Shown here: positions 1 to 14,000 of the stretch, one piece after another
How the letters are laid out: each line of letters starts with the position of its first letter
Position numbering within the stretch: position 1 is the first letter of the stretch
Assembly: GCA_964247055.1 (NCBI GenBank)
Contig: OZ176055.1
Location: 2,108,001-2,172,000 of the forward strand
Reading direction: 5' to 3'
Source: Paragordius varius
Taxonomy: Eukaryota; Animalia; Nematomorpha
DNA length: 64,000 nt
Notes under the pieces: generated by a model
Databases searched by the model: none
The model's input: the letters and a program-made list of their open reading frames with translations, nothing else
Told to the model about the DNA's origin: nothing
Program-made: the position numbers and the translations under genes

Positions 1-1515
1 TTTTAACAAAAATAAATGTACTCCCTACCCCTCGCAGAAAAATTATAAACTACAACAGTAGTAATTGGTTGGGTATTTTAATTGATGTACGTGTACACAA
101 TTAAGTACATTTTTTTTCTATTCACCCTTTGACTCTAAAGGTAAAAAAAATATTTTTAGGAATTTACAACAGTATTTTGATTTGACATTAATAGACTGTC
201 ATTTTGTATACATTAAACGATTCCGTTTGTTTCGTATTTATTATCTGTCCATATTTTTTAAAGGGAACGGGGGGTGAGCTCTAAAAAAGTACAAATTATT
301 ACGAATAAATGTATATATATTTTTGTAATATATATAAACCATATTAAAACTCTTTTTAGAGATTTTGGGGGTAGTTTTCTACCACAGATTATTTTTATTG
401 TAAATCTTAAAAATATTTTTATGATATTGAACCAAATTTAAAAATATTCTATATTTTTAGATAAACATTGTCCAAAATCATCATCTCAAACTTTTAAACG
501 GCAGATATTAATTAATTTTTATCGGCTTGTTATTAGATGGCTTTCTAAACTTTTGTTAATCAGCTGTTTGATTCAAATGCTCTAAACTGCTATTTTAGGG
601 CTATAAAGTTACTTTACTGTGTAAAAATTTACCTAATATATAAGTAAATGTTTATAATTATCATATTTTAGCAAAAAACCTTTCCTGATGATTGATTTTT
701 GCAAGTTGAAAACTAAGGGGCAAAAATTACCCGAAAACGTATTCATACATAAATTTCAAAAATAATGAGGTGTCAACGTTTCAAATTAGACTTAATCTAT
801 CCGAGCATTTAGATATTTTTCCACAAAATATAATCGTTTTAACATATAATAAATTTTCCATATAACATTTTCCCATATCCTCCATTTTTTATTCAAAAAA
901 AAATTATGTCATATGACTCAGATAACTTTTACCTTAATACATGTTTTTTTATTTTTTGAAATTTTTGATTTTTTAGGAAAAAAAAAGATAAATTTAAATG
1001 AGAAAAAAATAGACCACAAAACAGAATTTTTTTTATATATATATTTTTTTTTTCAAAATAACGCTATAATGCTAAGGAAAATTTACATTTTTTGTAATAT
1101 AAATACATACATACCATTTTTTAATTATTATTATTATTCTTACAAATAAGTAAAAATAATAATATCCTTTATTAGCCTTCTTACCTGTATGAGTGTAGCT
1201 CTCTTTTCACATTGACGTAATTTTATATTTAAATTTTTGTGGAAAACAATTTTTGAACACTAAAAAACTATAAATTTAAATTTATTCCTCCAAAACACTT
1301 CCTACATATTGTCGTGGTAGAAATCTTAATTTTTTATTCGATGATATTATATAAATAAAAAAAAATATTTTTAATTAGATTCGTATCTTATGGATTTCGA
1401 CCCAATATTCGATAAAAATGAAGTTATTCTGAAATAACCAATGATTTCCTCAATATTTCTTTTACTTTTGATGATAATTCCTGGACACTGTAAGATTAAA
1501 GGATAAGCTCGTGAA

Positions 1516-4500
1516 ATGCGCTTAAATACGATCCAGCTATTCATTTTGCTTTATGGTATGTTATGTTACTTATTATTTCACTTTAATTAATTTTAAAATT
1601 TATATGTAAATATTTATTTTTTATTACTTTAATTTTATGAAACTTTTTTTATATTTTTTAAATTTTTTTATTTGCCTTTAATTTTTTTCTGTCCATAATC
1701 CATGCAATAATTGTCATTTATTTTATTTTGATACTTTACTCATGCATTTAATCTCAAACTATGTTTAATATCCTTAGGGCCTTTTTTCTAGAAATACTGC
1801 TCTCCCTTTTTTATTATGGTTGTTTTAGATTTTTTTACAAAAAATTACTTTAATAAAATAAAGAAAAAAAAATCAAATTTCGTATAGTCACTTTACATTC
1901 TTACTAAGATATTAATTAGACTTTAGAGAACATAAAAAATGTAAGATCAACCAGGGCGCTTATACTTTTTTAATGGTTTGCTTTAAAGTTTAAATAAACA
2001 TTTTAGTGTCATTTATATAAAAAGCGAAAGCCTTAAAATAAATCTTACTAATTACTAATTGGTTTTAATTTTTAATTTAATATAAAAATTTATTAATTAA
2101 TGTACATGATATAACCTTGATTTAATAGTCTCGACCATATATTTAAAAAAGGAATATGTAGGATTTGTATAGAGTTGTTTTTTATATGTAATTTTACTAT
2201 TACTAATTTATTTATTCCCTCAGTTAAAGCTAAATATGAATAAGATATGTTTTAAAACAGGGGAGTCCAACACTATAATAAATTTAGAAAATCATTTTTA
2301 CTTTGATTTCGTAATATTTTTCATTTGGAACTTGCAGGCTGAAAAAATATTTTCGTGTCTTGAAATCCGAGTTTTAAAGTATAACGTTAGTTTGAAAAAA
2401 GGGCATACCTCATATTTTGTTTTTTCTAATTTTGATTATAAATTCCATTTTTATAGTGTGCATTCAAAGATTTTTGCCGCAACTTAATACCATAAAAAAT
2501 AAAAAATTGGTCATCATACACATTTTTAAAACTCTTAGATAATGTGAATAAAATCATTATTTAGCTTACTAGGTTTATATTTCGATAATTAGGTTTTATC
2601 TTCGATTTTATTGGTAAAGTTTTACGATATATCAGATACATTCTACAATACTTTACAATACTTAAATTAATTGTGAAAATTGACAATTAATACTAGTGAT
2701 AATTTTTATTAATAGAAATAAAAATTAGATTGCTAAAATTTTAAAGATGACCAGTTCTTAAGAAAGCATCCTAAAATTTGGTCTCAAACCGTACAATTTT
2801 CTTTCAAAAATAACCCGGATATATGTTTAAATTTCCATGTAAAAGCTAAAATTTCAGTTTTATTTTCTCGATAAAGGTCAACTAATGATTCATAAATCAT
2901 ATAGGTCATACTTTTTATAGATTCAAATATCAAAATTTTTTAACCAATTTTATGTATTAGGGACAATGGTTTTGATTTTTACAAAAATTTTCAAACCCGA
3001 GACATATAAAATTTATATAATTACATTATTTATAAAATACAGTTATTCAATTCCATCGGAATTTATTGATTGAAACGGCAAATGATGGCAACAAAAAAAT
3101 TAACAAGGATTACAATTTATTTCCGGGAAGCGATTATCAAGTCGATAATTCCCACATCCAAAATTTATATAAACAAGTTGCTCAACAATTCTCTACCAAT
3201 ACTTTACCAAAACATGGCACAAATTTTTTAAATTTCCAACAAACTTTAACTTCTTCGTCTCAGAATTTACAGTTTGACAATAAAAATAATCGACAAAAGG
3301 ATTTCTTAAACAACAATAAATATAAACCAGAGTTTGATGATATATGGATTAAATATGATAGTTTTAATTTTAATAATGACAAAAATGATAATCCTACCAA
3401 TTTTAAAAATGGTAGATATGCTGATCAACCTAAAAATAATCCATTCCTCCACAAAACAGATATAGATCCTACCCTATTTGGTTTTGAAAAAGAGTTGAAT
3501 GCCAAACCTTGTGATAATATAAATCAAATTAAATGCCCCAAAAATGATCACTGTATGCTATGGGCACAAATACAGGATGGGGTAAAAGATTGCCCAGATG
3601 GATCTGATGAAGGTAGGGCAAAATTCATTTTTAATTTTCTAAATCAGGGGTGTCCAACAAAAATGGCTTTTTGCGGGTTGCATTTTGATTCAAAAAATTT
3701 GACGGGCCTCATTCGAAAAATATCCGTGCATTCATAAAAATAATTTTACATATTTCAAACGCATAAAACTGTAAAATGCAAAAACAATAATTTTTTTAGT
3801 TTTTGCCAATTGGGTAGACTCACTCAAAAAATTGTTTAAATCAATTTAGGATTCAATATTTTTGCGGGCCGCGCATAAAGTTTCATAGGGCAGCATGTTG
3901 GACAACCATGTTATAAATATTAATTTAATTTTTAAATTTAAGATATTTTCTATTAAAATTAATTATTTTCAAATGTAACATTTTTACGTACACCAACCAA
4001 ATGACTATACAGTTAAACCTTTTTTGTTAATTTACCAATATTTTAGCATTTGTCACCTACAATAAATCTAGGATCATAAACAATAAAATAAACCAATTGG
4101 TAGGATAAATACAATTTTAAAAAATATAATCGATTTCATCTTAGCCTTTTTAACTTTATTTAATTAATTAAATAAAAATATTGATAAAAAATTGAGACTA
4201 TAAATTCATTAATATACTATTTTTCCCGAATTGTGCATATTGCACAAAAACACTTTTTTCACATTATGCCAAACTCATATATCAAATCATTTTTTTGAAA
4301 ACTATTCAATTTAACTCAAAACATTTGTTAAAAACGTAAATTATTCAATTGAAAACGTCAAAAGTACAGAAAAAACTGAAATTATACGGATAAAACGTAA
4401 AAATATAAAGACAAATACCATTGATAACATGCATAACATTTAATTAAAAAGTATAATCTGGGTTTTTTATTGTCTAATCTCGTTTTTACCAGGACATTTT

Positions 4501-7500
4501 ATTTAAGTTATTTATAGGCTTAAATGGTTAAATAAATTATTATTCTGGGATTAAATCTGAAAACCTTTAAGAGTAAGGAATTTGAAAATTTATAAAATCG
4601 ATATAAGCCACCTACTTTATGCATTTTAAGAACTTATATATCTTACGCAAATATAAATTATTCATAGCCCTTTCCCCCAAGTAAATATTATTTTCATTTA
4701 ATCAGTCAAAAAAAATCAAATTTAATATATAATACAATTTAATACTTTTATTGATTAGCGATTATATTTTTATATATGGGCACATATTGGGGTATTTTTT
4801 ATGATACATATTTGAACATGGAAAAACCATTTTTCCAAAGTTATTTTAGATTAATGATTATCATTATACTTAATAAAAACTTTTTGGTTTCCATGTTTTC
4901 ACTCAATTATAAAAAAAACAGCTGATTTAATAATAGTTTTTGAAAAGTCAAACAAATTCATTATTTTTCCATCAAATAATTTAGTTTGTTTTGACAAAAA
5001 AAACCTGAGGTGGTATAGAGTTTTAACTGATTTTTAAATTTTTATTTTATATAAAATAATTTATAATGAGCAGCATGTCATAAATATATATATATAAATT
5101 TGGCCTATCAAAATATTTTTTAACTTACTTATATTAAAATTTTCTTCCAAAAGTAACAAGGGGTTAATTGACGGTGCCTTTTCACTAATTTTTATTTTTT
5201 GCACTAACATACGTATGACACAGCTGTGTGGAAAAATTTGAATTTTAAAATAAAAGTATTTTTTTAAATTTAAAATGTATAAAGCCAAAATTTATTAATA
5301 CATATATATAAGAAATGGTTTGTAAAATTAGGTCGGTTTTGAATAATACGTTGATTATGTGTGTTAATATAGAATAATGTACATGCAATGTCGTGAAAAG
5401 TTGACACATTTTTGCTTTTTTGGCAAATGTATATATATATTAACATATAAATAAAAATATTTTGGATAAATTGTTTAACAAAGCAATATTTGTGTTTAAA
5501 ATTATTATAGAATGTCATAGTTATCAATTTGATTGCGGTTGGGGATTTCCGCGATGCCTGTTAGAAAACCAGGTTAACGATACCATAGTAGATTGCCAAG
5601 GTGGTTCGGATGAAGGTAGGATCTTGTAATAAATAAAAAGTTTGATTTATATATGTAAAGTAAAATATATTTAGTACGGCGGGTAATATTTAGTTCTTAT
5701 GCTTTTCAAATAATTTTACATGTTTTTGTGTTCATAATTACTGGATAATTTATATTTCTAATTGTTTGTTGAATATTTTGTAAAGATAAATTATTCTTAA
5801 ACTTTAAAAAGTAGAGTTATAAATGTAACATTATTTAAATCGGTTAAATTTTAATTTAGTTAACATTACCCAAACTTATTAAAATAATCAATTGTAATCC
5901 TTTATAAAAACATTTATATGTTTTTAAACATCTTGGATACCTTTAAAATTAATTATTTTTCATTATAAAGAATCTTTTATGTTAAGGTTGTGGCTGGAAT
6001 GATTTTATCTGTTATGATCGTAAAAAATGTATCCCAGTTAACAAATATCACGATGGCATTGAAGATTGCATAGATGGGTCTGATGAAAGTATAATATAAA
6101 AATTAATTATTATTTAAACACCTTTTTTTGCGGTAAAATTTAACTGATGCTTTTTTACAATAAAATGCGATTATATTGTCAGTATTATAAAATCCAAATT
6201 ATGAATATATGAAAAGATGTTAGTAGTGTATTGTTAAAAAAGTATTATGAAAATAATTGAAGTTTTTTTTGGTTTCTTGCCTTATTAAAAATTTAATTTT
6301 ATCATGTTAATATGTTAGATAGAATACTAATAATTTAGCTAAGACCTTTAAAAAGATTATTTAATATTCAATAATACAAGTTTTTTACAATATATATTTC
6401 GACTAAAATAAATTAACGATAATTAATATTGTAGTGTACACACCTATGATATTCCATATTTTTTGTAAAACAAAGTGTGGAATTTTTAAGCTTAAAAGCA
6501 CCAGTAAATGTATTAATAAAATTAATTTTACAAAAAATTTTAATTTTTTGTTTAAAAATGGTATTATATTCTTATGATTAATTTTTTTATCTATTGAATC
6601 ATTTTCTTTCAAACACTTCTTATAGTTTGCTTAACAAACCAATATCAATGCACTTATCCCAAAATTTGTATTCCAAAACAAAAAGTTAATGACGGAAACA
6701 ATGATTGCCCTGATGGATCTGATGAAAACAGTTTTTATATTTTTGAATTTTTTTTCTCATTTTTTTGTAGCTTTTGTAAGTTACTGTACACCGGCCTTAT
6801 CATTTTCATAAACCCTTTTCCTTGAAAAATTAATTAATTTTGATTATATTTTTAGATTTTTTTTGTCAATTATTTATATAATATTGAAAAAATATTAAAG
6901 TAACAATAAATTTTTATCATTGTATTTCTGGATTATCATAAGATTTTCAAAACATTTATAAATTAGTAAATGTTAAAAATCAAACTGATTTAAAATTAAA
7001 GGAATTAGTAATTAGCTTATTAGTATACCATTTGCAGTTCAAATTCACCCTTAAACAATTCAAATTCACCCTAAAAATAAATTATGTGTTTTCGAACTAA
7101 TATAACTCATTATTATCAATATGAAATGTATCTTTATGGCATAGTATATTATTTTTCAGTATTATTTTAATTTTAAACAAATTTCATTTTATAAAAATAT
7201 ATAAAAATATAGGTAATTTTTTATCCTAAAATATATATTTTATTTGAGGGGGAATTGGAATTGTTTAAGGGTGAATTGGAATTATAAATGGTATGTATAA
7301 GCACTTTTCATTATGAGGGAGGCTCCTTAAATATTTAGTAATATATATATATATTTTGAATCATATATTTCTATAAGTTTCAGAATTTTTACCTTTTTTT
7401 TACAAAATATACAAAACCCTATAAATTTGGATCTTTTAGCTAACCGCCATAATTACAAATCATTGAATAACCGCCATCACCCTTTCGCTAAAATCCAGAA

Positions 7501-7967
7501 ATCAGTTTTGATGCGGAGAACACCGCCAAAACATAAATATTCGATTTCAACATCAAACGCAACAACAACACACTATAAAGAAAAACGTAAAAATAATTCA
7601 ACCATATACACCGCCTTAAGGCGGTCAAACCTAAAAAATTCGACCATTATTAAAAATAACTCATCGAAAAAACCTGAATTAAACGATAATGTTAATCATG
7701 GGAATGATGAAATATGTAATGAAAAAAGTTTGGGTACTATATGTGCTTTAAGTACTGAATCTGACATATATGGAATTTGTCAATTATTGCAAATAATGAC
7801 AACCCCAAATTATGATAATTCCAAAACTTCTGTTGGTTGTATTTGCCCGCAAGGATATATACTTATTGAATCAAACAACACGTTAAAACAAAATGCAACT
7901 ATTCCCTTAAAATATTTGAATACTTTGCTAGAAAAGGATCAAACTTACCGATTCTTTTGTGAAAAAA

Positions 7968-8045
<78 letters not shown>

Positions 8046-11000
8046 TTTTATGCTAAAATATTGATTTTGTAGATGCATTTTTTGTTTATAATACATAGGT
8101 ATGCAAACTTTCACATTAATTTTCCACATAATCACCCCCGTGAATTCAGACCAGCATGATTCAAATTCTATTAAATCGAATGAAATCCGAAAGAAACTGC
8201 AACAAGGAGTAAATAAAATTATTTTTAATTCGTAATTTAATTTATATAGCGCTAAAACACCCCAAAAAGCTTTTAGATAAAATATGGAATAACTTTAATA
8301 TTGATTAAAAGGCAGATATTATAATCAGAACCGTTTTCGGTACCTGACCTTTATTTTTTACGGTTTTATAATGATTCATCCTTTTTCCATTTACAAATAC
8401 ATACATAAACTTTTATTTTTTTATAAGGTATATTTTTTATATTCCAAAATATATACCATACAATAAAATGTTAAAATGTCAATAAATGCGCTATCTATAA
8501 AATTTAAAAAACGATTCCAATTTTACACCAATTTCACCGAAAAATAACTAAATTAGATTCCTTTCATACTATTTTATTAAAAAATCATTCCCTAAGAAAA
8601 AGTTATTTGTAATATCTATATATTATCTTATAAAAACAAATATTATTTGTTTTATACATGTATAAAATTTTAGATTAATTTTATATTTCAACACAATGGA
8701 ATATATCATAAACTTGAACGGGTGGATGTTGGAAAAATTATTGTGAAAAATTTTAACGATCCTAAAAACGGCAACAATATAAATGAATTGCAAAATATCC
8801 AGGAAAATAATCTAGTCCTATTGGCTACAACACACTTTCATACCATAAATGTAATTATTTTTACTTTATTATATACGGACAAAACATAAAAATATAAAGT
8901 AAAATATTTTTTTTTTCAAAAGACAACCATACTTTTTTAAACAGTTATTTAATTACATTTGGAAAATATAAGATTGATTGTGTTAGCCCTATGTATCTCT
9001 ATATCACACTTACCATTTTTATACAATGAGTTATATTCAAAAAAATCAAGATTTAAAAAGTATGGTTGTCTTATAGGAAAAATATTTGTCTTTATATTAC
9101 GTTTTGTCCGTATAATTCAATTTTTTACCGTAAATTATTATAATAAAACCACCCTTAAATTAACCCCAAAAATGCGTATTATACCACTAAAAGATTCCCA
9201 TTTTTCATTAATTTACATATTTATATATCTGTAATCTCTATTTTACTATAATTAATATGAAATAAATTAGAGCGGACCTTATATTCAATAACCCTAATCA
9301 TAATGTTCACATGAAAAATTCACACAAAATATTGAAAATTTTAAATTATTACTTTAATTTTTTATTTTTTTTACTTTTAAGATTTAAGACTTGTAAGGGT
9401 GTTTTAAACATCCATAATGGCATTGATCAATAAAATTATTTTAATATTTTTTTATTAAAGTTTTTCGATTCCCATTTAGATTACGAATGTGAATGAGTTG
9501 AAAAGTTTACTCTCAAACTTTTTACAAAAAACCGGTTACAAACTGTTTGATCTCACCTTTGATTCGGTGGAACCAATTTCAATTCCAATTTCCATTTCAC
9601 CCTCAAACATCAAAAATATATCTATCATACAAGATAAAAACGTGTCAGTTATATCTGATCATCAATTATTCATAAGTAATGACCTAATACCCGATGAAAA
9701 CATGTACAATTCATTGTCTTACAAAGGGCCCAAAAACACAGATTTAACTAATGACGTCTCGTCATCAAACGAAAATATTGGTATCGTAATGAATCCTAAC
9801 TTGAATCGTTCAAATTCTTCCATTTCGACTTCCAAAAACATCTTGTTGATAACTAAAATTGATTGTGGAAATTCTACGAACGGTGAATGCCCCCTCAATC
9901 AATACTGTAAACCACGGTGGTCTAATGACCGCAAAGTTTGGCTTTTTAGTTGTGATTGCAAGGAAGGTTATTTCAAACTACAAACAACTCTACTTCGCAA
10001 CAATAAAACAAAATTAATTTCTGCTTTCGATTGTTTAGGTATATTATGTGAAAAAAAATGTTATTGCTATAATTTTATTTTTTTTTGATTATGAATGGAA
10101 CTATTTTTGTAGTATTTAAAACTCTTAGAGCACCTTTAAATCCAAAACCGATAAAAATACATTTTCTGTTTTTTTAGAATGTTAACCTAATTTTTAATAT
10201 TTTAGTTTTCATTAATTTGTTTATAAATATATATTTTTTAAATTTTAATACTTATTTTATAAAAATCATATAATTCTATAATTTTTAAAATATGGAACCG
10301 AAATGAAAACCATTACGACTTAACACAATAGCAACGGACCATTTTTTCCCAAATTGTTTTTTGACATAAAACACGGTTTATTTTAGTTGTAAACCGGTTT
10401 CTTTGAAAAAATATGTCGAATTGCAATCAGAGATGAAAGACTAAAATATACAGTAAAAATTGAAATTATACGGACAAAACATAAAAATATAAAGTCTAAT
10501 GCTTTTTTCTAAAAGACAACCCATACAATTTAAATCTTGATTTTTTTTAAATAGTCATAATTATAAACTGAAAAGTCTATAAAATAGAGATGTAAAATGG
10601 TAAAACAATTGTGTATTTTACGATTATATTACAATGATTTTCATAGGATAAATTATTAAGGTTTAAAAAAATTTACGTTTTGTCCGTAAAATATTACTGT
10701 ATTAAAATAGACTCAACTATGATTGAAGTATCGCTTCGATTTTTACGCAACGGTTACCTGTCCTTAGATTATGGATCCTTGTTTAAGAACACCTCGGTTA
10801 AAGGAAAGCAACAGCTGATAAAATTGGTGGAAAAAGCCATATTGGCTGTATAATTTTTTTTATAATATTTTTAGGTGTGAAAATTGGATTATTGGGTTAA
10901 TTTATTTCTGCGCTAAAATTAGATTAAAAACAGGAAAACTTTGATGAAATATTTTTTTTACTTTTTATGAAAAAATGTGAAAGATTTTACTATTTATTTA

Positions 11001-14000
11001 ATTTTGAATATATTCCATATTATATATATATATATATATATATATAATTATGAAGCATTTATATATATTAAAAAATTTGTTTAAAAAGGAAAAAATTATC
11101 ATAATTTTTGATTTTGATTTTTTGAAAAAATTCTCAAAAAACAAGATTTTATTAAGATTCATATATTTTTATATTGATGTATTTATCTTCTCATAAGAAT
11201 TTTTAAATAATTTTTTTTGATAAATATGATTATTATATTTTTTTACCTCCTAATATAATTAAAATTTATCAAAAAGTTTTATGCTTGTTAATATTTTTTA
11301 CATTTTTATCAGTAATGTATCCTTTATTTTATCAAAAAATTTTTTTTTCGTTAAATGGGTATAAATATTTGGTAGAAAATGGAAAAAACAAGAGCTCTCT
11401 GGTATTAACAATATCATATTAATCAAAAAAGTTTAAGATTATCATAGAGATCTTGTTTTTTCCATCAAATATTTATACCTATTTAACAAAAAAAATAAAT
11501 TTTTGATAAAATAAAGGATACATGATTGTATTTTTGAACCGCAAATATGATTTATATTATTTGAACCTTTATTTTTCCCCAATATCGGTTAAAAATGTGG
11601 ATTTAGTTAAATTATTTTATATTGTTTAATATCTAACAGATTGATTACGTGTTTAAAATGGGCGAAATTAAAACGATGTATTTGGGAACTAAACTCCGTG
11701 CGGCATACCCCGCAAAGTTATTTAATTCTGAATGGCAATCTGGCATAGTGCTTAAATTTAACCTTTATTTTCACAAAACGGTATTTTATTTTTTTTCTAT
11801 AATTTTAATTTTCCTTATTTATATTGGAAATATATTCCTTTTTTAATGTAAACTTTGTCTTGAGTTAACATATAGATATATGTATATAAAATTGGATGGA
11901 AAATGCATTTTGTAATTATATATTACCGATTAATTTTATCCTTTGATTAATTAATTAATACTAATTATATTTTCTAACGTATTTAAAACTAGTACAGTTA
12001 AAAAACGCTTTCTTTAAAAAAAAAATATGATTAATTTTTTTTGTTCAAATCTCAATTTTGCGAATTTTTGATACAATTTTTTGAGTATATTTAAGAAGCC
12101 ATTAAAAATTTCATATTCAAACAAAAGTTTATGAAAATTTCAAGCGCACTATAAAAATTGAAAAAAAACCTTCAAAATTAACAATTTTTTGACTATTATT
12201 GAATATTTTTTGATAAATTACTATCGAATATTAAATAAAAAAGAATGAATAAAAACTTTGTAATTAAACAATACAAATTATACTGTGTATATATACATAT
12301 ATTATTTATATAGCAAACCGAAGTTAAAAGCACACAAATTTATCGCATTTTACATGATCACTTATTGGCTCATGGCAATAAACTAGTACCCTTAGACTTG
12401 TCTTCAGGAGGAAGTAAAAGTAAAAATCAGAATCAACATTTATATGTTGATCCCAATTCAATCCCAGCTATAACGATAGTTAGTCGGACAACTGGTCGGC
12501 AAATAAATGCTTTACTGAGACGTCAAAGAACTTGTAACTTGGAAATTAATGAAGGATGTCCCCAAAACTCTGATTGTCGACTCCTGCGTGTCGAGGGTAT
12601 AGTGTGCTTATGTCGCGTTGGTTTCCGTAAAATCATCAAAACTGTTGAAAAGTTGGACATGAATAAAGCATCATTTGATAAAGGAAGAACCGCTAATTTT
12701 ACTGTTAAAATGACCCAAAAACATAATATTTTCTTAAACTTTCCACAAAATGGGCCAACAAGTGAAAGATATGAGCAATTAACGGATGGAACCAAGTTAA
12801 ATAGCATTGCGAAACGTGAAGAAAAAATGATAGATAAAAGTGTAAAAGAATCATTCGAATGCGTCAGTAAGTGATGTTTTCACATAAATGTTTTTTGAAT
12901 ATTTATAGTTTAAAATAGATTTTTTAATATTTTTTTTGGATATAAAGGCAAATATTAAGAAAGCTTAATAATTTAATTTATACCGAAAAATTGAAACTAT
13001 ATTGTCATCTTTTATATTTTTGAATTTAACTTATAATTTTGCGTTGTGAAATAAGGATAGATTTGTGTAAGTTGGTACCACTCTAAATTTCATATTTTAC
13101 AACTGTAATTATATAGGTTGTTGATAGTAATAATAAAAATACTTCTTTATTATCAATTTATCTATGTTTTGTTTTTACAATGTCACCATTTTACTGGCTT
13201 TAGGGATAGATATGGAGGAATTAAGCATGTACAATATATCAGAGGAAGATTTACATGAGATTTCCAATTCAATTACCAACCTAAAAAACAAAAGTACGCT
13301 TTCTACCTTTTCAAACGTTTCTTCAAATGATTTAACAACAACTCCAGTTATGGGCCAAACACAAAAACGTCGTTTGAAAAGAAGTAAATCGATTTTTATT
13401 TTAATTTTTTTTATTTAATTATTACGATTTTGATATTAATATATATTTAGTAAAAAGACAGGTCCCACATTCTCTGAAATTCACACTGACTCAAAAATCT
13501 TCACATTCAATGAATATAACTCAAGTTAAGGAGGAAAGAATATTTTCAAAGTATAATTTTATTTAGTTAAATATTTAATAACCGTAAAAAGAATGGAAAA
13601 ATTTTTAACTTTATAAAACTGAGGATAAAAATGAATTTATATTGCAATATTCTAGGAAATTTGATTCAAAAGGATTTCTCAAATCCGATATAACAGTTCC
13701 GAAACAAAAACTTACGCCAGATAGAGTACAATTACAAGGTTAATTTATTAAATAAAATTTTTCATCCAAAAATTTAAATTTATATATAAATATATATTTC
13801 TGTTTTATTTTGCTTTTTATGTTTTTATAGACCCAAAGCTTGCCTTAACAACCGAACTAATATTTTCTAGTTTACCTGGTTTAGGACTAAATATTAATTT
13901 GTTGAATAATCTTGATTTTCAAACCACGCTACAACATACGGTAAACTCTAAGTTTTTTTCCCTTATTTATTTTATTAAAATTACAAAATGTTGACCTTGA

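Noticed and set aside
1-900. Repeat-like sequence upstream of gene 1 with a short resemblance (AAGGGAACGGGGGG) to the Helentron-like element
   Set aside because: The similarity is too short and I could not define boundaries.
2258-2271. Solo hAT-like TIR CAGGGGAGTCCAAC
   Set aside because: It resembles the 3645 element end, but I found no convincing partner TIR or TSD.
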